This document shows, one piece after another, positions 1 through 10,958 of a DNA stretch of 64,000 bases; the stretch's first letter is position 1, and every line of letters starts with the position of its first letter. Below the pieces are notes generated by a model. It saw nothing but the letters and a program-made list of their open reading frames with translations, did no database searches and was not told where the DNA came from. This DNA is from Cladosporium halotolerans (Eukaryota). The translations under genes and the position numbers were made by a program. The stretch is from assembly GCF_011745625.1 (NCBI RefSeq), contig NW_027191458.1, positions 744,001-808,000 of the forward strand, read 5' to 3'.

Positions 1-104
1 CCGCAAGCGCCTAGCTCCTACGCAGGAGCACATTGCAGCCGAAGCTTAAGTGATTGGCTGCCCTAGCCAGCGCATAGCAACATACATCTTCAGACCCGCA
101 CAAG

Positions 105-689
105 ATGGGCTTCCTCGACGGCGACTTCTTCGGCGGCAGCTCTTCCACCTACGGCGGTAATACCCGCCACCGCTCACGCTCAGGTACTCGCTCCACGAGT
201 GGGCGCACATACTACGCTCGCCCTTCGAACTCTCGCAGCAACTCCTACTTCGGCGGCGCAGGCGGGAACTACAGCAGCTCGCGCGGCTTCTTCTCTTCCT
301 CAGGCAGCGGTGGATCTTCATACTACAAGCGCCGACCGCGCGATGGATACATCCAATACCTCGTACACCGCCTCCAGCGATTGCTGAAAGACCTTTGGCA
401 ATACTTCCGCAGACATCCCGTCAAGGCTTTCTTCGCGGTCATTGTACCGCTGATCAGCGCCGGTGGAGCCATTGGAGGACTGTTGAAAGGCATGGGAGTC
501 AGGCTGCCGCCTGGAATGAGCGATGTATTTGGAACTGGAAGCACGTCGCGAGGCGGCGGAGGATACTACGGAAGCCGAGGATATGGAGGGTCAAGCTCTG
601 GAGGCTTCGGCGACTTCTTCGGCGGAGGCGGAGCTGGGATGATGGACAATGCTGGCAATATTCTCAAGATCGCCAGAATGTTTGTGTGA
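105..689 (+). CDS. Gly/Ser-rich hypothetical protein with one central hydrophobic segment
   Basis: 194-aa ORF with strong C-ending codon bias. A structured-looking core YYKRRPRDGYIQYLVHRLQRLLKDLWQYFRRHPVKAFFAVIVPLISAGGA is flanked by G/S/Y-rich tails. Confidence 0.75.
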   Translation: MGFLDGDFFGGSSSTYGGNTRHRSRSGTRSTSGRTYYARPSNSRSNSYFGGAGGNYSSSRGFFSSSGSGGSSYYKRRPRDGYIQYLVHRLQRLLKDLWQYFRRHPVKAFFAVIVPLISAGGAIGGLLKGMGVRLPPGMSDVFGTGSTSRGGGGYYGSRGYGGSSSGGFGDFFGGGGAGMMDNAGNILKIARMFV

Positions 690-1236
690 GGAGTCGATTG
701 ATTCCCAGAGACGGCGCGGCTCAAACGGGTCTGCACCAAATGCAAACGCGAGGCGTCTCCTGAACCAGGCGGAGAGTCGGGTCTTGACCGGTGTCTGAGC
801 GAAGAGCGTGTGGAACGCCCACTGTTCGCGCGGCAAGACTTCACTCTTGCACCCGCACCAGATTATCACCTCTCTTCATGGGTTACAACACAAAGACTTA
901 AACATAACGATAGAATGGCAGCAACGAACGATCTAGTGGGATTACAGGGACGGCGTTTGGGAGAACTACCTTCGATGGCAAACTGCAAGACCGACGCTCA
1001 CGCGAGGAGGACTTCTTGGGCTCGGTAAACAGAACAAGCATGTGAATGAAGTCATTGACGAACCGCACCTTCCACTTTCGAAGTGAAGCCTGCTGTTGCT
1101 GCGGGCAACATTTCACGAACCTTTGTTGACTCCTACTGACGACACCCGTCTCCGTGAATCTTGTCAACACCTAAGCAACTACCCTCACTCCCACATCCAA
1201 CAAGCCGACGAACATCCACAACTAACCACGGCCAAC

Positions 1237-2379
1237 ATGGATGACCTCTCCCATCTCGAGTACCTCCCCTCAACGCCAGAATTAAATTCTGTGTACCCCA
1301 ACACTCCGTCGCGCCTCGACGAACAACCCGCGACGGCCATCTACCTCAGCTCTTCGTCGAGCGACACCGACTTCGACGACAACAACAACACCCAGAGCCT
1401 TGGGTACCACAAAGCCCAGCACCACAACAACATAACCCTCAGTCCCGCCATCCACCACGGCCTCCCCATGCGCCCTCTATCCCCCGGGGCCCGCCCGCAA
1501 CCCTACCTCCCCTACACCACCTCCAAGCTCCCCACCACCCTCTCCCGCCGAACCATGAGCCCTACACCCCCAAAACCCGCGATCAAAGTCCTCCTAGTTC
1601 TAACCCCGAACCCGGCCAGCGCCCACGAGCACGCCCTCTTCGCGTCCCTCGGCGCGCAGTTCGCCAAAGACTTCAGCCCCAGCAGCAGCAAATGGACCTG
1701 CGTGAGCCTGTACGCGCACTTCCGGGCCTGGGCTGACGAGCACGCCAGCGCTGGAACCGACACCGGAACCGGAACCGGCACCGGAGTCGACATCGGGAGC
1801 ATCCACCCTCTTGCCCTGCGCGCGCGCCTCGAATCCGAGACAGAGGTGCCGTGGCAGCTCGCGCTGCCGGTCCTTCAGGAGCTGATTGATGCGGAAGTGG
1901 CCAAGGGCGCGAGGAAGTTCGTCGTGGTGGGTTTGTCGGGGATGAAGTGGGATGGGGCGGCGAATTTTGGCGAGACGGTTTGTTGTATTCCTTTTTTTTT
2001 TGACCCCTCCCACGAGACCTGGTCATTGTATTGCTTTCACGAAGCAGAGCTAACGAAACACCACACACAGATCGCCGACCCAAACGGCATCCTGATCTTT
2101 CTCCCCGCCGACGCGAGCGACAAGCGCGTTCCGTTCGCCTACAAGGACAGGACCGTGAAGGTGATTCATCCTTTTTACTCCGGCGCCCGGTCTGAACGAA
2201 GCAACCAGGCTGACGTATCTCTCCAGATCAAACCCACCGGCCCGGAAGACACCTACAGCGCTCTGCTCGCGGCTCTGTACGCGAGAGCCTTTCCGGCGCG
2301 CGAGGAGGAGGTCGAGGTGATTGACTTGGTTGGGGAGAGCGATGCGGACACGGCACTGGATGACGAGGACGCAATCTGA
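1237..2379 (+). CDS. Hypothetical protein; C-terminal half resembles a degenerate adenylate/UMP-CMP kinase fold (introns 1978-2070, 2161-2226)
   Basis: ATG in aacATGg context at 1237. Introns GTTTGT..GCTAAC..CAG (93 nt) and GTGATT..GCTGAC..CAG (66 nt). The fold assignment is my pattern inference. Confidence 0.6.
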   Translation: MDDLSHLEYLPSTPELNSVYPNTPSRLDEQPATAIYLSSSSSDTDFDDNNNTQSLGYHKAQHHNNITLSPAIHHGLPMRPLSPGARPQPYLPYTTSKLPTTLSRRTMSPTPPKPAIKVLLVLTPNPASAHEHALFASLGAQFAKDFSPSSSKWTCVSLYAHFRAWADEHASAGTDTGTGTGTGVDIGSIHPLALRARLESETEVPWQLALPVLQELIDAEVAKGARKFVVVGLSGMKWDGAANFGETVCCIPFFFDPSHETWSLYCFHEAELTKHHTQIADPNGILIFLPADASDKRVPFAYKDRTVKVIHPFYSGARSERSNQADVSLQIKPTGPEDTYSALLAALYARAFPAREEEVEVIDLVGESDADTALDDEDAI

Positions 2380-2883
2380 ACAATGCGGAAGCTGCATGGT
2401 CGCTCTGAAGACGAGCGAACGTTGGTCTGTACGACTGAGGAAGCGCACCGAGTGGAAGGCGGGGCTACAGATTTCCTCGTTCGAGCTTTGCACGGAATTC
2501 CTTACTCGAGGGATAGGGCCAGGATGCAGCAGGCCGAGCTCACCCTCCGCCGAGGACTTCACGCCTGCTATAGCGTTTAAGCCAGCACAAACGCAACAAC
2601 GATAATGAAAGACACTTCACTTCACCCCACTCACACCCGAAACCCGACTCGTGATCTTGAATCGTGATCTCAAAGCTCCGTCATGTCATACTCTATCCAA
2701 CACATTAAAGATTAAGGAAAAAGGTCGGTTCATCCGCGCTCCCTCCCTCTCACACCCCACCCCATTCCCGTCTCAACGAGCGCCTCGTGAGCGCTCCACG
2801 ATCATCTCATCTCTATCGTCGCTCGCAAAGCCATTAATTCGAATGACAGCAGTAGGCGGAAGCCGATCGCGGGCAGGCAAAAG

Positions 2884-2907
2884 AACGCAAACGCAAACGC
2901 AAACGCA
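2884..2907. repeat. (AACGCA)4 microsatellite
   Basis: Four perfect hexamer copies read directly, in the region between two convergent genes. Confidence 0.85.
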
Positions 2908-3336
2908 AGCAAAAACGCCCAAAAAGGTGTAATAGCGAAGAAAGGGGCAGTGAACCAAACCAAAGCAAGCAATGATCGAAGAACAACAGCGCCCCGGAAA
3001 AAAAAAGACGTGCAGAGTTCCGCCTATCGAATTGAATTTTTTTTCCTGCTTGTCCTCCTCCCTCCCTTCCTTCCTTTCTCTTGCTGTCGCGCTTTTTGTG
3101 AAAGTCCATGTCCGTGTCCGAAACTCGCTTCCCTCCCAAGAAGAACAAGGTGGGAAAGGCAGAAAGAAAAATCGAAAAAAAAAAGAAAAGAAAAGTGAAA
3201 TCACCCTCCCCATCCCTCTCCCTAGTCCACCAACACCGCCAGATCCAAACTGCCCGCCGCGTCGCTGATTCGAGCAAAAAACCAACAATTAAGAAAAGCA
3301 GGAGGCTCGAGCCGACTCGCTCGTCGCCCCTCACTC

Positions 3337-6300
3337 TCACTCGACGTTCTGGTACAAATCGTTCAACTGCTGCTGCTCGTCCTTCTCCTTCCTCCCGCGC
3401 CCCCACTTCCACCTGCGCTCGCTGCGCTTCTTGGCCATCTCGCCCCAGCCCGCGTCGTCGTCGTCCTCGGGCTCGACGAGGCGCGACGACACGCGCGGCG
3501 CGCCCTTGGGCTTGTCGATGACGCGGATCGTGTTGCGCTGCTGCTGCTGTTCGGGCTGCTGGGGGTTCTGGAACGCCTGGAGCGTGAGCGAGGAGGTCAT
3601 GCTCTGCGAGCGGGCGCCGGCGGGCGGGACGGCGCCGCCGCCCTCGCCGCCCATGGTGGAGACGGGGCGGTAGCGCGAGGGCATGCCGATGTTGGAGCGC
3701 TCGCTGGGGGCGATGGAGGGGGTGTAGGAGGCGCCGGGGCCGGTGGGGAGGTTGTGGACGGAGGGGGTGTAGGATTGGAAGGTGGAGGCTGGGCGGCCGT
3801 TGGGCTGGGGCGGTTGCAGCATGCCGCCTTGGTTCCAGGTGGAGGGCGGGCCCATCATGGTCATTGAGCGGCCTTGGTTGGGGGGCGCCTGGCTGGCCAT
3901 GGACATGGGGCGGCCTGGCTGGGGTTGCTGCTGGGGTGCGGGCTGCTGGCCCATGCTGGCCTGCTGCATCGCCATCATGTTTTGCATGAACTGCATCTGC
4001 ATCTGCATGAATTGCTGCATTTGCTGGTTCGGGTCTTGTCCGGGCATCATCATGGGCATTTGCGGCATCTGAGGCATCTGAGGCATCTGCGGCATGGGAG
4101 GCATTCCTCCGTACATGGATGGAGGCGGCAGGTTGCCCATAGACATCGTGCGAGGCATGGGCATGTTGCTGGGCAGAGGGCTCGTTCCGTACGCGGCAGA
4201 AGGTGTAGCTCTTCTTGCAGCTTTGGCGCGCTCTTCTCCTGCGATGACACCGACCAATCCACCAGGGTGGCCACCAGGGACGGCAGCCGGGCTACCCAAT
4301 GGTGAAGCCGCAGGTCCGCCGTACACTGATCCGCCACCGTAAGCCAGAGACTCACGGTTCGCTGGGTTTACGAGGCCAGCCCCATAGTAGGGATCGGCAG
4401 GAAGTCGTCGTGCAAATGCTGGCAAGTTACCTGCTCCTGCACCACCATTGACGATAGATCCCGCCATGGATGCCCGTCGCGCGTTATCGTCACCGCTCCT
4501 AGTCGGTGGTCGCGAGCCGTTGGGGAAACCGTGTGCTTGAAGAATGCCCAAAGGCACATCGTCGTCGTCATCGTCATCTGGCTTTGGGCGAAAGCTGTCT
4601 GTCGGCGGCGCACCGTTCATGCCACCCATGTACAGGCCGGGTGCGCTCTGCGAGTTTCGATCCAGGCCTGGCCTTGAGGGCAAATCCGAGGGGCCGCCTC
4701 CTGTCACCTTCTTCATTTGTTGCCTGTAGACCGACATGTTGGCTTCTTGCTTCCTCCTTTGCTTTGTAGCTTGCTTGGCCCTCTCTTCGTCGTCCTCATC
4801 GTCATACTCGTCGCCAGAATGGCTGTCGTCTTCGCTTTGTTCCACGCTAGAGTTGCCATTCTTTTGGAGCAGTTCAAACTGTGCTTTTGTCATCTTCTTT
4901 GGGGTGCCGGTTTCGGTGCGCTGGGTCGCATATTCGCTGGGTCGCAATGCTCGACTGGGAGGGCCTACAGGAGAAATCTCATCGAACAAAGACTCCTCGT
5001 GTGCAGATTCGCGAGCGGCAAATCTTGTAGCTTTGGGCGTGACATTCTTCGCCTCGGCCGCAAAGTTACTGCTTTCTGACTTCCAGGGGCTGGTGGCTTG
5101 GGGTTTGGCGCTGCTCGGCGCAGCGGTTTGCGAAAGTGGTTGCCGAACAGTCGAGGATGAAGAGTTTGTTGGGAGAGAGTTGTTGGATACCGAGGCAATC
5201 GGTGCTCTCCAGTCCGGCTTTTTCGACCATCGGTCACCATCGTCCAGATGCGCTTGTCTGCTAGCAAATGCCGGCTCGTTCTCTTTGTTTCCTCCTGTTA
5301 CAAATTCACGCTGGCTGTTGTGGCTCTCGAATGATAAGCGCTCGTGGCTAGGCGAAGAATTTTGCTCAGACACTAGCGCGTAACCCTGCTTTGATCCTCC
5401 CAAGAAAGCTGGTGCTATCGCCGGAAGACCGGGTCCTTCCTCTGCTGTTGGCGAGCTGAAGGTAGAGCCGGCGACGAGACCTTCGTTAGACCTGCGGCCT
5501 TCCAGCGAATAAGGCGATGCGTTGCTAGCTCGAATATTACCCATCTCGCCAGGGGACGGTAATGCGCCCTGACGAGAGTAGGATCTGGGTGGGTACATGG
5601 GCTGGTTCTCCTGATTTTTGTAAGCATGCGGTGTGCGGTTGATCGTGGCTGTGTTACTGACTGTGTAAGAAGATCCATTCAGCGGTAGAGGCGGCGTCGG
5701 CGAGCCTCTACTAGGCCTGCGAGTGTTGAATGAATCGAACATGCCACCGAAGTCATTGCCGAAATCTGATGTAGGCAAGTCCAAAGATTGCTGTGTTTTA
5801 GGAGGGACTGCAGTGCTTGCGTAGCTGCTTGTTGTCATGGCTCTTTCTCGTGATGGGCTGTAGCGGCTTCCATCGGCCGACCCAGGCATTGGAGGCGCAT
5901 CGTCGAGTCTGGGCGGAGGCGTCTTGCCCTTCAAACCAAACGAGAGGGCTCTACTCGCTCGTGAGGTGAAGGATGGCGGTTGAGGCAGAGGGTGTGGTGC
6001 CACCGTGGAGTTGGAGGATGAGAACATAGGCGCGGTCGCTCGCTTCACAGGAAACAGATCCTCTTCCTCTGGCTCGCGCTCAGGCTCAAGCGACGAGGGG
6101 AGTGTGGAGGTGGAACTGTATCGTGCCGAAGCGCCGGAGGAGTCGTAGTATCCGCTCGAGCCGGAGTTTGTGGTGCCGCGGCTTGTCCTTTGATTGATCA
6201 GCCGTGGGTCCTTAAGCGGTTTGCCGTGTGAACGGCCATACCTGTTCGGCCCGGAGCCAACGTCTTCCGTCGATTTGCCCCGAAGTTGTTGAAGCGGAGA

Positions 6301-6516
6301 GTTGAAAGGTCGGCCGTGACTGCTCTTTACTGGCGATGTTATCTTCCGGTCTCCGCCATCAAAGTTGTGCGAGCTAGGCCGGTCGGTTCTCTCGATGACC
6401 CTGAAGGAGGAGGAGGAGGGAGCGGAGTCGGAAGGTTCGGACGAGGAGACAAGGTCGAGAGCGTTGCCGACGGATCTGCGGCGGCCGAAGGGGATCTTGA
6501 AAGCAGGTTTGGGCAT
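3337..6516 (-). CDS. Large disordered uncharacterised fungal protein with a Met/Gln/Pro-rich C-terminus (probable introns 6188-6241, 5611-5661)
   Basis: 1059-aa ORF with motif-like islands QRRKQEANMSVYRQQMKKVTG, DDDVPLGILQAHGFP and YTPSIAPSERSNIGMPSRYRPV. Two in-frame intron-like segments: GTATGG..GCTGAT..AAG and GTCAGT..GCTTAC..CAG. Confidence 0.8.
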   Translation of the reverse strand: MPKPAFKIPFGRRRSVGNALDLVSSSEPSDSAPSSSSFRVIERTDRPSSHNFDGGDRKITSPVKSSHGRPFNSPLQQLRGKSTEDVGSGPNRYGRSHGKPLKDPRLINQRTSRGTTNSGSSGYYDSSGASARYSSTSTLPSSLEPEREPEEEDLFPVKRATAPMFSSSNSTVAPHPLPQPPSFTSRASRALSFGLKGKTPPPRLDDAPPMPGSADGSRYSPSRERAMTTSSYASTAVPPKTQQSLDLPTSDFGNDFGGMFDSFNTRRPSRGSPTPPLPLNGSSYTVSNTATINRTPHAYKNQENQPMYPPRSYSRQGALPSPGEMGNIRASNASPYSLEGRRSNEGLVAGSTFSSPTAEEGPGLPAIAPAFLGGSKQGYALVSEQNSSPSHERLSFESHNSQREFVTGGNKENEPAFASRQAHLDDGDRWSKKPDWRAPIASVSNNSLPTNSSSSTVRQPLSQTAAPSSAKPQATSPWKSESSNFAAEAKNVTPKATRFAARESAHEESLFDEISPVGPPSRALRPSEYATQRTETGTPKKMTKAQFELLQKNGNSSVEQSEDDSHSGDEYDDEDDEERAKQATKQRRKQEANMSVYRQQMKKVTGGGPSDLPSRPGLDRNSQSAPGLYMGGMNGAPPTDSFRPKPDDDDDDDVPLGILQAHGFPNGSRPPTRSGDDNARRASMAGSIVNGGAGAGNLPAFARRLPADPYYGAGLVNPANRESLAYGGGSVYGGPAASPLGSPAAVPGGHPGGLVGVIAGEERAKAARRATPSAAYGTSPLPSNMPMPRTMSMGNLPPPSMYGGMPPMPQMPQMPQMPQMPMMMPGQDPNQQMQQFMQMQMQFMQNMMAMQQASMGQQPAPQQQPQPGRPMSMASQAPPNQGRSMTMMGPPSTWNQGGMLQPPQPNGRPASTFQSYTPSVHNLPTGPGASYTPSIAPSERSNIGMPSRYRPVSTMGGEGGGAVPPAGARSQSMTSSLTLQAFQNPQQPEQQQQRNTIRVIDKPKGAPRVSSRLVEPEDDDDAGWGEMAKKRSERRWKWGRGRKEKDEQQQLNDLYQNVE

Positions 6517-9061
6517 GTAGCCGGTGTTGCGCGGGTGTATGTTGTGATGAAGCGAGAGACGAGGTCAAGCGCTGCGACGGAAGGCCGGTAGGGCTACTGG
6601 GACATGGAAAACGAGTGGTTGCAGAAGCGGCGCTAGAAGGTATGTACAACGGGTGGTGTCTTTGATGGACGTGCGGCGCGCGCGTGGTACAGGCTGGTCG
6701 AGCGACGGTGCCTGGCTAGGGACCGAATACGACGGTTGGGTGTGGAGAAGCGGGCTCGGGAGGTGCTGGTTCTGCTGCTGGGAAGCTGGGAGCTGGGTGA
6801 CGAGGCGGTGGTCAGCGGCGGCGACGGGCAACACACGCGGGAGTGAGACAGTGTCTCGGCGAGGCGGCGACAGAGCGAGCGGCAGCCGATCTGGGACGGC
6901 GGAGGGAGCAGGTATGGATGGCAGCGGAGGCGATGGCGAGGTGGTGGAAGAGGTGCAATGGGGCGTCGGGTGGTGAGTGCGTGGGTGGTGGTGGTGGTGG
7001 TGCTGGTGGCAGCGGCCGGCTGGAGACTCGCGGGCTGGCCCAAAAAGCTTATGCGGCGCGCGGTGGAGAAGGCGGACGGGTGGAGAAGGGGTGGCAGGGA
7101 CTCACCTGCAGGCGGCGAGCGGAGGCTCGATAGAGTGCGTGCAAGCCACCGCCGGCTCTCTCGCGGCGCTGCGGCTGGGCTGCTGCTGCTGGTGATGCTG
7201 CTGCGGTGCTGGGCGGATGCGCAGCGTGCGGCGGCCGGCGCGAGTGATTGGTAACAGACGACGCTTCTCATCAGACGGAGACGGAGGGCGGGCGATCACC
7301 GCAACGGCGCAGGCGGGCGACAAACACGGGCGAGGCGGCGATTTCAGTAGCGCTGGCGGTGCGCGCACGAGCACTCGCCGGAGATGAAGCAGTCGCCAGC
7401 GTCAGGAGACGGCGGCGGCAGCCTGCCCAGAGCCCTCGCAACACCCCCAGCCCGCCGTCTGCCCTTGATTGATTATTCTGCTACGAGCGCGAACAGAGCG
7501 CTGCTGGGCGCGTCAGGCCTCTTCCAGCAGGGCAACAGCACCGAATGGGCTCGCCGCGTGGTCTGATTTGCTTGCTGCTGTGCGCCGGCCAGGAACAGCC
7601 GAAGTGTGGCGCGCGCACCTTAGCACGCACGCCCGATTATATACAGTACAGTCCCTACTAGGTACAGTGCCCTGTGTACACCACTGTGCAGCCCTCGCCA
7701 CCCCTGCGCGCGGACCGCGGCGACTGCAAGAATTGCTGCGCACGCCCGCCGCGAGGACGCCCTTCACGTGCTCGAGCGTGCGCCATGCGAAGGCTAGGAG
7801 GCTCGAGGCAGTACCTACTACTATCTAGTGGCTGCTGTTTTTAGGCGTGCCGCGCTCATCACCCGCCGCCGGCCTGAATCCCAACTTTTGCATCTCATCC
7901 CGCCAGCGCCCGCGGACACCACCACCGCCGCCAGCCGCCCAGCACCACCTCATGCGCCATCATGCACCCTCGGCCAGTTCACCAGCCGCGCCGGCTGTGG
8001 CGCGCTCGCCGAAAGTCAGTCGGCGAGCCGGCTTGGTCGTCATCGTCAGCAGCGGCGCCCAGCATGCCTGAGCGGTCCCCGCGACAACGACGGCGTGCGT
8101 CCAACCTCGACATTCCTCTGTCTCACGAGGCGTGCCCGCATCGCCCTTCGCAACGTCATGCGTCGCACTCGGCGCCCACGGCCATGTGCTTGACCAGCGC
8201 GAGACCCTGGCGCCTGGCTGGGCCACGCCGCGCTGTGCGACTGGCGTGGCGAGGCTTGAAAGTCGGGTCGTCCGTTGGGGAAGCGGGCACCGGGGCGGGC
8301 ACCGCGCAGCATCAATCGATCGGGACTTGGGGATCTACACCACTGCCGCCTGCGCTCGCGTCAGAGCCGCGCGTTTGCTGATCCCATTCCAACATCCTTC
8401 CAGAGGTCGAGACCAGTTGAGCGCGGTGGAACCTGGGGTCCCGTCCGCCAGCGTTTCCTCTACTGGGCGCGTCGCGGGCGAACGTCGTCATTGATATATT
8501 CCGCAACGACTGGCTCTCGATGCTGCTGGCCTGAGTGGATGCGGTGACCCGGTGTTTTCTCGTGTTCGCTGCTCACCGAGAATCAAGCTGAATATCAATC
8601 CCCCTCATCGGGTCCTCATGCGGTCGGGATCTACCATGTATGCGTCGTGTCACCGGCTTGCAGCGCGTCGATTCTCGGGACCGCACCTGGCTGTTTCAGA
8701 AAGCCAATGCGACAAAGCACCGCAGCTTCTACCGTGTAAAGTAAGTCAGTGCATTCCTGCGATGTTGGAGCAACTACACCGCCAGTACAATCCTCGCAGG
8801 TTGTTCACTGCAGCATTGTAGGACGCGAGTATGCTATTAGCGCTCCTCTCCACGCAACCGCAGCGCCCAGCTCCTTGCCCACAGCTCGGCAGCGAGTATG
8901 ACGTACCCACCCGACCTCACCTCTAACACGTCGCACCACCCACACAGCAGCATACAGCACAGTACCACCGTTACACAAAACCACCCCTCACTCATCTCAC
9001 CTCTTGGCAAACACCCCCCCACTGCAAACCACAACCAGTCACCACCCCGCCCACCAGCACA

Positions 9062-10552
9062 ATGCCCCCCATAAACCCCGACGCCCTCTCCAGCTTCACC
9101 AACTCCGCCGCCTACGACTCCCACCGCCCCACCTACCCCCCCGCCTCCATCCAGCACCTCCTCACGCAATGCCGCGTGGCCGGCAAGCGCGGCGCGCGCG
9201 TCGTCGACCTCGCGGCCGGCACGGGCAAGTTCACGGAGGCGCTGGCGGCGCGCGAGGAGGAGTTCGAGATCCTCGCCGTCGAGCCGCACGCAGACATGCG
9301 TGCGGTGTTGGAGGCGAAGGGGTTGAGGGGTGTGAGGGTTGTGGACGGGACGGCGGAGGAGATGGGGGTCGAGGAGGGGTGGGCGGATGCGGTTTTTGTT
9401 GCGCAGGTAGGATTGAATCATTCTTCTAACTTCTGAATGTCTTCTCATGATGGCTTTTGCCGACGAATCGTGGCGAACGAGCGGCCACCGCTTATCCAGA
9501 GGTCTGTGACATGCGATCTTTGAGTGAAGGTCCGGCTTTGAAGGTCCGGCGGAGAGGGTAGCAGGCGACGCTGATTCGTAGTGTCTGAGCCTCGCAAAAG
9601 AACTGCTAGTTGAGGCTGTTAGACGTCTTCCTTGAAGATACACTGCTCTCACCCTGCGGCGAAGAGAGTCCAGCATGTACACAGATTTCCGGATAAGCGG
9701 TGGGCCCTCTGTAACAACAAAGTGATCCAAAATCACCTACAGGCCCGTGGCTCGCTCGGAGCCCCTACTAGCAGACTCGACGGCCCAAGAAAGGCCTCCA
9801 CCACTTGCAATCCCAACCTTCCCTTAACCACCACCCAACCCATCCTCACCATTGAACCAACAAACCAACCATCCAACTGCTAACCACCTCCCCACACAGG
9901 CCTTCCACTGGTTCGCCACGCCCCCCACCCTCCGCTCCCTGCACACCGCGCTCCAACCCCACGGCACGCTGGGCCTAATCTGGAACATCGAGTCCTACAA
10001 CGCGCCGCGCTCCACGACGCCCTCCACCTCCTGGGAAGCGAAACTCCAAGCCCACACGCTCGCCTTCCCGGACGCCAGCCCGCGCTTCCGCCACGAGCAG
10101 TGGCGGCGCGTCTTCGAGGACCAGGTGTCGCGCTCGCCGCTGAACTACGTCATCGCGAGCGCCGAGGAGCCGCTGTTTAGCATGCCGCTCGGGGAGGACG
10201 TGAGGGGCTGGGAGGTGCCGTTGGCGCGGGAGGGGGTGTGGAGCCGGTGGAGGACGTTGGGGCAGGTTGCTGTTTTGGAGGGGGGGGAGTTGGAGGTTAG
10301 TTTTGCTTTTTTTTTTTCTGTGTTCTGTCTTGATTTTCTGGCCACTGTCTGTGGGGTTGGGGATGTGAGTGCTGACCAGCGTGATTGCAGAAAACGCGCA
10401 AGATGTTCGACGATGCGGTGAATGCGGACGGCGTGGAGGAGAATGACAAGGGGGAGTTGACGCTGCATGGGGCTACGTATGCTTTTTGGACGACGAAGAT
10501 TCCGGCGGAGGGGAAGGATGATGTGCTTGCGGTTGAGAGGCCGGGTGCTTGA
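9062..10552 (+). CDS. Class I SAM-dependent methyltransferase (Methyltransf_11-like); exons 9062-9406, 9900-10295, 10391-10552
   Basis: Motifs YDSHRPTYP, VVDLAAGTGKFT (motif I), LAVEP, and AQ|AFHWF restored by splicing. Introns are 493 nt and 95 nt with GT..CTAAC/CTGAC..CAG. Stop TGA at 10550-10552. Confidence 0.9.
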
Positions 10553-10958
10553 TTTGGTGCGTGCAGGTCGACATAAATGGCAGACGATAGAAGTCATAAA
10601 GGCAAAAAGGCAACATCTCAACAGAAGGGGAAATTCGGGTGGAGGACGTTGAGTTCTTGCTCAGAGTCCGTTGCGTTCGGTGTAAATAGCTAGATAGTCA
10701 AGCTGCTGGGTGCAAATCCTGAAATCTGCGAGCTTCTGAGTCTCAGGCCGAAAGAAAACAGCTTTTGGCTGAGCAGTACGTCTCCCAAGCGGACCCGCCG
10801 AGTGATGTCTCCATGGTGCACGCTCAGACCCGACCGTCCCGCATCTCCTCTCACTGCCTGAAGGTTGGTAGGTGCCAAGCGTTTCGTATGATCGAATCGT
10901 AGCTCATGTCGTCTTATCTCTAGCACGTCTATGGAATTCTTGCTTTGGATCGGGCGGC

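Noticed and set aside
6520..8830. Many overlapping 70-210 aa ORFs
   Set aside because: GC-rich promoter/UTR sequence with few stops. Translations are Arg/Ala/Pro-rich in all frames, with no consistent splice model.
8837..9736. 299-aa minus-strand ORF
   Set aside because: Antisense shadow of the GC-rich methyltransferase exon and intron; no domain recognised.
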